From contig CM097886.1 in NCBI GenBank assembly GCA_044892525.1, positions 112,034,001 through 112,098,000 of the forward strand: a DNA stretch of 64,000 nucleotides. The letters are read 5' to 3'. The position numbers and the translations under genes were made by a program. Positions 1 to 11,398 of this stretch are shown here, in pieces. Within the stretch, counting starts at the first letter, position 1. Every line of letters begins with the position of its first letter. The notes beneath the pieces are model-generated. The model ran no database searches. It saw only the letters and a list, made by a program, of their open reading frames with translations, and was not told where the DNA came from. Origin of the DNA: Schmidtea polychroa (taxonomy: Eukaryota).

Positions 1-2498
1 TTGTTATATGTACCTATATATACATTTTTTATTCATTTTTTTATTCACAAGAAAACAGAAATAAATTTCAATATTTGAGTTCATGTGATAATATTTATTC
101 AATATAAAGAAATAGTAAAAAAAATTATAAAGTTTAATAATAAATTTAATAAAAAATTCTTAAATTTTGTTAGAAGTTTTTTGCTTCATATTACTTGCAA
201 GGTTTTTAATATCAGGATGGTATGTTGTCGATTGTAAGGTAATACAAGCTGGTGAGTCTTCTTCTGTTAATCTGTTTCTTGTCTTTGATAGTACATGATT
301 AAGTACAGAAAAAAGACTCTCACAGTAATAAGTGGATGCGAAAATGGTTAACATTGCGATTGCTAATTTTTTTACAGAAGCAAATGCTTCTGGCATACTA
401 TTCCACACTTCCAATATCAAGTTTTCAATGCGGCATTCCGACTCTCCATCCTGTGACAATCGATGATATTCCAATTCTTCTATATTTTTTCGCATATTCA
501 CAAATTTTTGTGTCCAAATAGGATTAGATTGCAAATCTACTGTCTGCATTTCTAAATTTTCTAATTTCATCCAATTAATAAGGTTGTTATCGAAATCCTG
601 TATATCGAATAAGTCCGGATAATTTACAATTTTCAACAGCCTATCAATTCTTTTAAAATCTTTAAATCGATTTGAAAATTGTTCTTTTATAGTTTCAAGA
701 ACTTTAGAAAATTCGTAATTAAAATTTCAATTAGTTTTTTTGAAAATTGTAGATTCATTTAAAATACTTTTAAGTTTCGGAAAATTATTATGTTTTCCAG
801 ATGCGATATCTCTAGCAAAAATATCTAATTTAATTTCAAACCCCTTTATCAATCCAAACATAACTTCAATTGTTTTTCCTCGTCCTTGCAATTTTTTATT
901 AAGAACGTTTAAATGTAATGTTACGTCGGTAAAAAACATTAATTTTGTTAACCATTCTGTATCGTATAATTCTTTAAGACGATCCCTGTCGAATTCGTGT
1001 AAAAAAAGTCGAATTTCTTCCAAGCAATTCACAAATCGTTCTAAGGATGTCGCTCGACTTAGCCAACGTACACTATTGCACATTAAGAGAGTATCGTATT
1101 CGCAATCCATATCATTTAAAAGTTTTTTAAATTGTCTTTTATGCATGTCGCGTGCAACTACAAAATTTATGATTTTATTAACTTGTTCTGATATTTCTTT
1201 GAAATCGCTAGTTCCGAATTTTGCACAAAGAACTTGCTGATGAATAATGCAATGAAAGCCTATTATTGGATGACCAACTAGGTTTTGAAATAAATTAACA
1301 AAACCTATCTCTGGTCCAGTCATATTAGGAGCTCCATCTGTCGTTACAGAAATGATTTTTTTAATATTTATTTTAAGTTTGTTTAATTCATTGAATACAA
1401 CTTCACAAATATCACTACCTCTTGTTCTTTCTGGGATATTTGCTAATTTTAAAAGTTCTTCGTGCATTTCATTATCTTTCGGATAATGTGCAATGATTGC
1501 TAATCCGGCAGATGACTTAATATCTGTTGATTCATCGAGGCAAATTGAAATGTAGTCACAGCTATTAACATCGTTGTAAAGTTGATCAGAAATATTCGCA
1601 CTTATTTTTAAAATTCTATCTTTAACTGAATTTCGGCTTAGCTGGACTTCTCGAATTCTTTGAATAATCTTTTCTTTATTATTAAAATCTTGAAACAAAC
1701 TTTCGGCCGCTTTTAACATAACCGTTTTTACAAACTCTCCATCAGAAAATGGTTTTGATTGCTTAGCAATCAAATAAGAAATTTCAAAACTAGCTTCTGT
1801 AACATTGCTGTTGGTTTTTACAAATTTTGATAATGAATTCGATTGATTTTCAGCTATCTTTAATCGTTGAGAAATTAGTTCTTTTCTTTCTTCAATATTT
1901 TTTTCGGCAATTTCTTTATGGTTGGTTTCAAAATGTCCCTTAATAGAAGACGTTCGACATACAATAATTTCAGAGCACAGACCGCACCGACTTTTATCTC
2001 CATGTTTAACAAAACCGTAATCAGCAGTCCAAGAGAGTACAAAGCTACGAATATCTTGTAGTTTTGGTTTTTTTGGTACCATTTGAATTCAGCAAAAAAT
2101 AAATTTTATTTAAAATTAAACACAAATTTTATTGAACTGCACAAGTTAAAACAAAACTAAAAACTGATGTAAGAATATACAAGAATTATAACACAACCAT
2201 ATACGTATGTACAAAATAACCGTTATTCTGGCAAATAGGTTTTTATCAAAGTGCCAAAATAAACTAAATTTAATAATTAATTGCGTTATTTAATAACGCA
2301 AAGCCAACTAGAGAAAAAAATATAGAATTCAATTCAAAGCCGTTGATTAAAATTTTGGGTCCAAATTTTTTTTTAAAAAGCAGTAATTATTTTATAATAA
2401 GAATTTTTTCTACTTCTTTTTTTAAATTTCTTAGAGTGCCAGAAGTTTTTTGTCTGCGTGCCAAGTTTGGCACGCGTGCCATGTAATTGCCATCCCTG
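1..2498 (-). mobile_element. hAT (Buster/Charlie group) DNA transposon; one end visible, the other outside the window
   Basis: Minus-strand terminus CAGGGATGGCAATTACATGGCACGCGTGCCAAACTTGGCACGC starts at 2498. Flank GAGTAATG (2499-2506) fits the NNNTANNN Buster target pattern. Contains the transposase at 160-2082. Confidence 0.85.
160..2082 (-). pseudogene. hAT transposase (GTF2IRD2/EPM2AIP1-like) interrupted by one in-frame TGA
   Basis: ORFs 727-2082 and 160-636 are in the same frame, separated only by TGA at 727-729 and 30 open codons (NFNYEFSKVLETIKEQFSNRFKDF...). Motifs: BED-like CxxC..H, LDESTD, TTDGAP, HCIIH, VRWLSR, FASTYYCESLFS. Confidence 0.9.
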
Positions 2499-3492
2499 GA
2501 GTAATGTATTCATTCAATATTAGATACTTATATAATTTTTTTTATTCAACCAATACTATAATCATTTGACTTCATTTTAAATTGTCTTTTTTGTTTCAGT
2601 ACTCATTGTTTAGTTTGAATTCGTCGATGTTTAATGATTGATTACATTAAGGACGTCCTTGAAAATTTTTATTTCTACCAAATATTGTTTGGAATATAAT
2701 TAAGGATAATGCCATGATCACATGTAAATGTAGCATTTCGTATAATATATAATACTATTCAAATGACCGATGTTCAATATTACATAAATCTCCAACAGAA
2801 AATAATGAAATGAAAGGTGATCGATAGATTTTCTTGACAGTGACAAGTTTACTAATAGTCTAAATATTTTACATGTCGATTTTGAAAAAATGTAACTGTA
2901 GCTGACACAGAAGATTTCCTAAACTGTTGGACCCCTTCTTTCTAGGAGATACACTCTCTTTATTGAAGGGCGTCCTTATAGAATTCTCCCTTGTTATATG
3001 TTGAATACTAAACAAGTGCAACTAATAATTATTAATTTAAATATATATTTTAAAAACATAAGGAGTGAATAAAGTTTCAAGATTTTTATGTCTAAGTTGT
3101 TGATTTTCAAACATAGAGGCAAATCGTTTTAATTACCTTAGAAGTAACAAACCAACTTTTATCAGTCCAAGGACGTTTATATTTGACCCATGTTCGATTT
3201 TAGTGTTCTCTAATAAACCTTGTGATAATTTCATTGAAATGATACGAAAGCACGGCTAATTTTGATGAAGTGATAATAACTTTGTCAAACACTCTGCAAT
3301 TGAAGATGGAAAAATTTGAATTCTGAGCAAAAACGAAGATTAAAATTTTGTTGTTTGAATGGCACTATAGCATTATATAAGAGAAACACTTAGTTGATTC
3401 CCTCAACTTCTAAAATTCTTATACAGGTAAAAATTAATGTTTCTCTCAGTCTATCCGTATAATTTTGTTTCTCGTCGGTTGAATCATATTTC

Positions 3493-3696
3493 TTAATTGC
3501 ATCTGTTGATAAAAAAAGCTTTGACAAATCGACATTTGAAGTCCTCGGATATCGATATTATTTCGAAAAATCTTTCGGTTTCCTTGATGAAATCTTCAAT
3601 ATCGGTTCCCATCTCGAAATTTTCCGGTGCTTTGATAAAATTGGCCATCGTGGTCGCCATATTAGATGCTTGATTTCTTGAATTAATAACATCCAT
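3493..3696 (-). pseudogene. Gag-like N-terminal remnant of an LTR retrotransposon
   Basis: FIKAPENFEMGTDIEDFIKETERFFEI resembles the P..F..G.D...F....E.FF start of Ty3/Gypsy gag. The frame closes early. Confidence 0.45.
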
Positions 3697-4309
3697 ATTT
3701 CAAAAACAAAAGCAAAACTATATTTTTAAAAACAACACAAAATTTCTCTTAATAAAACAATCTCTGTTTTTAGTTCTGAGGATATTTTCGCAAGCATGAG
3801 TCAATAATTGAACATGGAATATTCGTACACAAGCATTCAATACATATTTTTTATTTTTATTTTCAATCATAAATATATTTAATTTATTATTTTAATTTAT
3901 AATTTTATTATCTACTTTTATTATACTATTTAAATCTATTTAAAACTGGAAATTAAATACTTATTCTATTTAATTACTGTCACACTTTGTATTCTGTTAT
4001 CTCTTATGTGGTGCGTTATATATTATTATTATAAAAATTTCGATTGACGTTTCTGCCTGTCTTATTTTGAAGTTTCGTTAATATTTACTTTACAAGACTC
4101 AGCATTTAGCTACTGGTTTTTGGTAGATTAGTAGAGATTTTATTCTACTATTTATATTATTTTCTGAGGCACTCTTTGTTATAAGATTTATATGATTTTT
4201 TATAAGAGCCATTACCACAAAAGCTAATTTCTTCCACACAAGGTCTGATCCTTTTGAAAGTTATATTGATTTTTCAGGTACCTGCAAATTGTCTTTGTTC
4301 TAATTTCAA

Positions 4310-4490
4310 CATTGGCATTTGTTGATAAAAAACAATTTCATTTTATTTAATGTCGCATAATAATTTCTTTCGACATAGTCATGTAGTTCCTGACCAATAA
4401 TTGTTGGTCGATTGCCTCCTCTTGTTCCTGCGAATAAAATGCCAGTCTTCCTATATTTGATGATTCATAAAGATTCCGTTATTGGCATTT
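4310..4490 (-). pseudogene. Tc1/IS630-like transposase N-terminal (HTH) remnant
   Basis: Manual translation IIKYRKTGILFAGTRGGNRPTIIGQELHDYVERNYYATLNKMKL matches the K.Y..TG....RGG.RP......VE.N...TL pattern. Confidence 0.5.
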
Positions 4491-5118
4491 TGCCTCAGCT
4501 AGGGTTAGAAGAAATCGAGTTAGGAACAGGTAAAACGAATTAAGGAGATTAAGGAAAAAGAAGATATAGAATAGGAATACGAAAAGATGAAAAGGATCAA
4601 ATCAAAGAGAAAAAGGAAACGTTGGTCAAGAGAACCTAAGGAAATAAAATGTGAATATTATCTTTGTCAAAGCATCAACAGCGAGCGGCAAATCGGACAA
4701 ACTTGAACTTTGATTATTGATTGTGTATTGTTGAGAGAAAATATATTTTGAGAATTAAAAAATATATATTAAATATATACGTTGGGTCGTTTAATGTTTG
4801 GATTACAAGGACACGAGGAGTCAGAGGTAACCGATTTAAATTAACTGAAAACCCAACAATATTTATATTATAAAAAATCAAATCAATGTCCATTAGATGA
4901 TAATCAATTTCCGGTTGGTGTATAAACACATTTCNNNNNNNNNNNNNNNNNNNNNNNNNNNNNNNNNNNNNNNNNNNNNNNNNNNNNNNNNNNNNNNNNN
5001 NNNNNNNNNNNNNNNNNNNNNNNNNNNNNNNNNNNNNNNNNNNNNNNNNNNNNNNNNNNNNNNNNNNNNNNNNNNNNNNNNNNNNNNNNNNNNNNNNNNN
5101 NNNNNNNCTATATTATAG

Positions 5119-5204
5119 TCGAAAATTCTTTCATTAAATACATTATTTGCAGCAAAAGGCTTAAATTATCATTTTATTGTTTTAAATAATAAATGCTGCT
5201 ACCA
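5119..5204 (+). repeat. Near-identical dispersed repeat copy (partner at 43822-43907)
   Basis: TCGAAAATT.TTTCATTAAATACATTATTTGCAGCAAAAGGCTTAAATTATC...GCTGCTACCA occurs twice, each time between N runs. Confidence 0.9.
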
Positions 5205-5760
5205 NNNNNNNNNNNNNNNNNNNNNNNNNNNNNNNNNNNNNNNNNNNNNNNNNNNNNNNNNNNNNNNNNNNNNNNNNNNNNNNNNNNNNNNNNNNNNNNN
5301 NNNNNNNNNNNNNNNNNNNNNNNNNNNNNNNNNNNNNNNNNNNNNNNNNNNNNNNNNNNNNNNNNNNNNNNNNNNATTCCTCATTTCAGCTTTACTTCCA
5401 AAAAAACTCATACACTAAACGCCGCGAGAAAAATTAACAGCTGCATCTGACTTGCCAAAATATATTTATACATTGTGATATTTTTTTGTGATATTGTTAC
5501 AATCTGATCTTTTTTTGAAACAAGTGAGAATCCGGTCGACCATGAGGTCAAAAGTCTATCAACTTCTAAATGAAGAAGAGAAAGGAATTGCTGAATATGT
5601 AATACTTTTTTTGTTTCATTTTATTTTACTTTTATGTTTATCATTTTGATGTTGTGTAAATTCTTTTAGTTGTGATTACTTGGTGTTTCGATGTGTTTTT
5701 ATTTTAACTTGACGTTGCTAAGTTCCGACACATTTTGATCACGTTATGTCTACGTGGGTT

Positions 5761-6359
5761 CAGTGTCTCGTTTATGCATAGGCGCGATAATCGTAAACCT
5801 AGGGCATCAAAATACTGAGAACCCCCAATTAAAAGAAATAAATTAAAATTAAAAACTGTGAATTATCACGTCAATAATGTATTGTAAATATAACCTAACC
5901 CTTACCTATACATAATGTACCTAAAACTTTTTTTTGTTGGAATTTGAATTCGCGTATTTTGAAACTTTGACTAATTTAGTCTATAATCTGTATTATCTTC
6001 TATTTCTATAACTTTGTTTTTGACTAATATACTCATTTGTAAAAAAGAAACAGCGATTCGATTTAAAATTTTTTGAAATGAAACTTGAGATTATAATGTT
6101 ATAAACATATGACATTGCAATTACAACTTGCTTTTCATGCGTTTCTCACTAAAATCAACTCGAATCACATTCCTAGGGAATAGATTTTATAAACAATTAG
6201 TTTTAAATCTTTGTTAAAATCACAAAACGGATTTTATTTCAAATTCGAGTTTTTACACAACATTTTGCACATAGGCTAGTAGTCTACTCTAAGTGTAAAT
6301 GTTCAAAAGGCACCCAAAAATGAGTGCCTAAGGCCTTATTTTCTGTAAACACGCCACTG
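5761..6359. mobile_element. Non-autonomous hAT element
   Basis: Imperfect TIRs CAGTGTCTCGTTTA / CAGTGGCGTGTTTA; 8-bp TSD CGTGGGTT / CTTGGGTT (7/8). Confidence 0.7.
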
Positions 6360-6905
6360 CTTGGGTTAAGAATCAGTTTTTGTTCTATGTAAGATATTTG
6401 AGGACCCGTAAAATTGCGGCCCGCAATTTAACGTAAAAGGTTCAAGATACATCCAGAGTTTTTGCACTGTATTACAAGTGCTTACATATAATTAGGTTCA
6501 CGAGCTAAATGGTCGTGATCTCAATACCCACATACCTAATATGTCATGCACATACCTAATAAATTCATACTGTTACTTTACATGAAAAACATACGTTGGA
6601 AAGATGAAGCGAAATATAATTCGATCACTGAGAATCATTAAATTTGTTGTCTGTTGGACCTAACTGTTCCGTCAGCAGATCCTTCAACAACTCAAGTCAC
6701 TAAACAGAATCCAGCATGATTGAGTACTGACTCAGGTTTAAGGATCAGTATTTGGAATGCTCTTTCAGATAAATAATACTTTTTTCTTAAATATTAATTT
6801 AAGTAATTTCTCTTTTTCAAATGTTGAATTGTTTTCAACTTATTTTCTACTACAAAGTTTTATTCTACTTATTTGTTAATTTGTTCTTATATAGCTGTTT
6901 GATTG

Positions 6906-7586
6906 TCATCGCAGACTCTGCCCAATCAATGCCTTCGTGAGTTGGAACTTCGAATATGTTTTTTGTAATGCATTATAAAGTTCAGCTCCATTCAGAATTA
7001 CATTGAATCCATTGCAGCAGCCATCTTTGCCTTGTTTGTAAAAGGTAGACATCTTTTCTAGTGAATTTTCATCGGATAAATTCCTAATTAAAAACAACCC
7101 GACAGTTCCAGTTTTATCACAAACATATAGAAATTCATCTTTGGATAATGGATCAACTATCCAATTAAAGTCAATAATGTCTGAAACTTCAACTGATTTG
7201 AATTTATTGAACTTCATTTGATCAAGATTTAATTTCCATACGATTTCAACAACATAAATCCACACTTACAAGGAATGAGTTAGTTTCGTTGATGCTTAAT
7301 TTCGTTATTGATTCTGAATATTCATAGTAATATATCAATTAGTTTGCCATCCTCCAAACTTCATGCAATTATAGTATCATCCTTTCCACCAGTAAATGTA
7401 ACTCTCGATTTATTGTCACAAACTACTGAAAAAACAACATTCGAATGTCCACTCAACAAAATTTGCATCATCTTTTAATGGAATAATTTCTTCGAATTCG
7501 CCTTCATCAAGATCTGTTTCGCATGCTTCAATTACTTCGTCATATTCATTATCATTAGGATTTTCAAAATCCATACCATTTTCCAT
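6906..7586 (-). pseudogene. WD40-repeat protein, AAMP/SQT1-like, disrupted
   Basis: Acidic N-terminus ending ..KDDANFV. After a frameshift: GHSNVVFSVVCDNKSRVTFTGGKDDTIIA*SLEDGKLI (TGA at the conserved Trp). After a second shift: YSESITKLSINETNSFLVSVDL. After a third: IVWKL. Resembles AAMP SVFCV...TGGEDDKAFVWRLSDG. Confidence 0.65.
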
Positions 7587-8019
7587 TTCGAAATGATCAA
7601 GCAAACTCAATTTGAATCTCTTTATTTTTCAAACACAAAAATATACAAAAATTTTAAAAATTCACCTTTTTAAACAAAAATCTTCCAATAAAAAATCCAA
7701 GAATTTGAAAGCCAAAAATTCAAAACCCGATAATATTCATAAAAACTCGAAATCAATTCCAAAAAACCACATTGTTCGCGCAGCCAAACAAATCCAATTT
7801 TTGAGCACAAAAACAAATGCACACAGACGCGACTCAGGATTGACCAATAGTTCTCCAAAATTCCAAAAATTGTTTTTCAGAAGTGCTTTTAATAAAATTT
7901 AGCAGTTGTTGTAGAAAAAAATTAGATTGCGTACTGTATTTCCTCCGAATTTCAATTTAATAATTAAATTTAAAATATATTATTGAATTAATTAAATTAA
8001 AAATGATTGTTCAAATATT

Positions 8020-8730
8020 CAAAAACAAAGAGATGCATTACTGATGCACACACCCGCAATAGGCACAGTGCCTAGGGCATACGAACTGTAAATGGCCTAC
8101 GAAAATGTATACATATTATTATTTACGAAAAATTTATATAATAAATATTCAACCAAAGCATGAAAAGAAAAACTTCACTTAATCCAAAAAAATTCAAAAT
8201 TTATTTTCAAAAAACCAAAAAAAAAATCATTAATTTAGTAAACAATTTATTTAATTATTACCTAAACTATTATTATTACCTTTCTACATTTTTATTGGCG
8301 AATTCGACAATAACATCTTCGAAGTATTTCTTCATGTAATTTCAATCGTAGTAGAAAAACGTTATAAAGCAAAATAAAGGCACCAATATAATATTCACAA
8401 AATAACATTCATAAAATAAACCAATATGGAATGAAACTAAACTTTGTTATTTAAATAAAGTGTTGTTAAACAAAAACACTTTGGAATTAAATTAACGCAT
8501 TTTAAAAATAAACCACAGCTGACTTCATTAGGGAAAATGGCAAAAATCTATTCGATAGGTTTAAAGGTAAAAGTGCCTAGGGCCAACGAAGAGGTTAATT
8601 CGGGCATGCTGATGCAATATCATGATGGAGCATTAGGTCATTCATCAACGCGCAAAACGCTATCAAGATTTAAATTGAAATATTTCTGGCCAAAGATGGT
8701 GCAAGATCTATTAAAAAATGTCAATAATTC
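8020..8730 (+). pseudogene. Gypsy integrase H2C2-region fragment, split by a hAT insertion
   Basis: Removing 8049-8608 and one TSD copy restores QKQRDALLMQYHDGALGHSSTRKTLSRFKLKYFWPKMVQDL (H..GH...KT.....YFWP.M..D motif). Confidence 0.8.
8049..8608. mobile_element. Non-autonomous hAT element
   Basis: Perfect 8-bp TSD CTGATGCA (8041-8048 and 8609-8616); weak TIRs CACACCCGCAATA / CATGCCCGAATTA; GTGCCTAGGGC subterminal motif at both ends. Confidence 0.8.
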
Positions 8731-8735
8731 GATAG

Positions 8736-9077
8736 GCTGAAACCATTACTTTCCAAGCTGAGATCTCTCATTTGATGAGCTTGATCATCAACACCTTCTA
8801 TTCAAACATAGGAATCTTTATTAGACGATTGATTTACAATGCTAGTGATGCCCTCGATAAAGTTCGTTATAAGAGGTTAAATGATTAGCTAATGATTAAA
8901 GTTATTCCAGATAAAGATTTCAATACTTTGACATTGTACGATACTGTAGTTGGTATGATCAAAGCTGAACGAATTAACATTCTTACTACAATCGCCAGAT
9001 CAGGTACCAACGCTCTCATAGAAGCTTTGACTGCTGGAGCAGATATTTCTATGATCGGTCAATTTGGTGTCGCTTTC
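8736..9077 (+). pseudogene. HSP90: Cytosolic Hsp90 N-terminal ATPase-domain fragment
   Basis: One frame reads [45 protein letters not shown]...*LMIKVIPDK...[33 protein letters not shown] at 8886-8888, a short in-frame deletion, and the catalytic ELISN motif altered to RLIYN. Confidence 0.92.
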
Positions 9078-9686
9078 AATCAAAATTTTCTTCGAATTAG
9101 TTTCATGTTCCGACACATACTTGTAGAATTATTTTGATTTTTGATTATTTTTATATATATTTAATTAATTAATTAAGTACGTGGTGATAGTAATAAATAT
9201 AATAAACACTCCCATACCAAGTATGACTTTCGCTATATACAACTTGAATTATATTTTTTCGTAATCTATATTTTTTTATTAGGATAAATAATACTATATA
9301 TTTTTTATCAACGTGCAATTGTCGCAAATTATTACTACACGATAAATGCATAGTTAATTTTTTTTTAATTTTAATAATATTCTGGATCGCAACCCTCTTT
9401 TTATATTGACTTCTAGTCTCGCTTATCGCGATTTCACATAATAATCCTTTTTCAATGAACTNNNNNNNNNNNNNNNNNNNNNNNNNNNNNNNNNNNNNNN
9501 NNNNNNNNNNNNNNNNNNNNNNNNNNNNNNNNNNNNNNNNNNNNNNNNNNNNNNNNNNNNNNNNNNNNNNNNNNNNNNNNNNNNNNNNNNNNNNNNNNNN
9601 NNNNNNNNNNNNNNNNNNNNNNNNNNNNNNNNNNNNNNNNNNNNNNNNNNNNNNNNNNNNNNNNNNNNNNNNNNTAATTTGTTTAT

Positions 9687-10496
9687 TTAAACCAAAGTTA
9701 ACTTTTCAAAACTATCTTTTAGTTCCTGTGACAGCAACTGATATTTTTTTCCTGTATCGATGAAAAGCCGTCTGGGTATTTCAAAAATCTCATTGGGAAT
9801 ATTTATTTCATATCTTGACGAAAAGGTCCTAAGTGGTGATCTAGAAGTTAGATCTAAAATAGACGGTTGATTGTATAAATGAAGGATATTAATTTCATAA
9901 TCATTCGGTTCAATGTTCTCATATATCTTTATTGAATGTGGAATTCCGCGAGATAACTGAAGGTCTTTCTGTGAAAAGGAAATTTCCGATGAATTTCCTC
10001 CATCGGGATCTGTCCGATTGAATTTATATTTTGAATCGGTTTTAATGACTGGTGATAAATTCAGGTTGTCTGATAAGGTTTTGTTTTCTACATTGGAACA
10101 AGATGTAATAGAATCTGATTGTGAATCGTTCGGCGGTCCTTCAAACAATGAGGAGCAGGAAGATGTTGTAGAAGATGAATCGGAAGAAGATGACGATATA
10201 GAAGGTACGGATGAAGATTTATGAGACTGGTTGACTTCCAAAGAAACTTTTAGCGAATCGATTTGATTAAACAAATAATTAATTAACATTTTAGTAGCTA
10301 GTCTGCAATAGTACAAACTCGGAATGTACCCCTGTTGGAAATCACTCAACCGACAGATGTAGGTCCAGTTAGGATTTGTATTAGAAACAATTTGAATTAA
10401 TTCTCCGCTTTTCACACTGATTTCGAATGGGCCTTCAGCACTAAAATCTTCAATTACGACTCCATATTGTGAATTCAGGAGGGGGCTGGAAGTCAT
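9687..10496 (-). CDS. SH3-domain protein with Ser-rich region; 3' end next to an N run and possibly incomplete
   Basis: First ATG at 10496. GVVIEDFSAEGPFEISVKSGELIQIV..NPNWTY.....QQGYIPSLY is a canonical SH3 pattern. The frame is open for 269 codons in very AT-rich DNA. Confidence 0.75.
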   Translation of the reverse strand: MTSSPLLNSQYGVVIEDFSAEGPFEISVKSGELIQIVSNTNPNWTYICRLSDFQQGYIPSLYYCRLATKMLINYLFNQIDSLKVSLEVNQSHKSSSVPSISSSSSDSSSTTSSCSSLFEGPPNDSQSDSITSCSNVENKTLSDNLNLSPVIKTDSKYKFNRTDPDGGNSSEISFSQKDLQLSRGIPHSIKIYENIEPNDYEINILHLYNQPSILDLTSRSPLRTFSSRYEINIPNEIFEIPRRLFIDTGKKYQLLSQELKDSFEKLTLV

Positions 10497-11008
10497 TCTG
10501 AATAAAATTTGAGTAATGCCTGCCCAATACAATGACAAATTTTATTAATATATTCGCCGATCGAATTTCATCATTCGTTGTCATTTTCAGCTAGTTTGAA
10601 TAATTTTTCAATTCCCCGCGGAGTTTATTTGGCTATATTTAATACGATAAAAGCAACGAAAACATTTTATCAAAAATATTTCTTTGAAAATTTATCCCTA
10701 GATTTATTGAGAAAGTTGGCGCAATATTTAAATTTTCTAATATTACTTATAAATTTTCATCAAATTTGACAGTCACGGTCGGAGTCAAAATGGGATTTCT
10801 TTCATTCCGGTTTACAGTTTCAATCCTAGATATTATTTTTCGGTGCCTATTTGCGTTTCGGTTAAAAATAATTCTTGTTTTGGTTACGGTTTAATCTTTT
10901 TATGTTCAGCTTGCAAAAGACTTGAATTTGAAAATAAAACAATTTAAAGAACTTAAAAACCAATGATTTTCGGATGACTTATTGCAGAAAAATAAAGACT
11001 GTTGTGAT

Positions 11009-11398
11009 TTGGCTTACCACCCGTTCGATTTTAGCACGAACAGTTCGGTAATCAAATGAATTGTTCCTTGTTCGTTTGGCACCCAGACCGAACGTTAAAA
11101 TGTTCGGTTATTATATCAATTAATTAAATTCCATGTAAAAAAATAAAAAAAAAATAATTTAGCTTAAAAATATTGTTTTACGTTAACTTAATGCAACTAT
11201 CCGTTTGTCAATAAAGTTAAAGTTAAGTTTTTGTAACGAATTTTCTTCAATTTGTCTGAAGGGTAAATATTGTGCTCTTAAAAATTTTCAGTAGGTTATA
11301 GATACACTTTTTATAAAATTGATTTTTTATTTAAATTATTATTTTTTTTAATTGGTTTGAGTGTTCGTATATCGGTCGAGAAAAAGTTGGTAACCCTA
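11009..11398. mobile_element. Non-autonomous hAT element (Blackjack-like termini)
   Basis: Perfect TSD GTTGTGAT (11001-11008, 11399-11406); ends TTGGCTTACCA / TAGGGTTACCA. Confidence 0.75.

Noticed and set aside
727-729. TGA reassigned to Trp (in-frame TGAs in the hAT, WD40 and 18.6-kb frames)
   Set aside because: The intact RING, SH3 and 612-aa transposase ORFs have no internal TGA, and the Trp codons I checked are TGG. TGG-to-TGA and CGA-to-TGA are common decay mutations.
740-1240. Plus-strand ORFs overlapping the hAT transposases (also 49271-50584)
   Set aside because: Antisense shadow ORFs with no independent support.
4897-5450. ORFs spanning N runs (here and throughout the track)
   Set aside because: They are open only because N codons are not stops.
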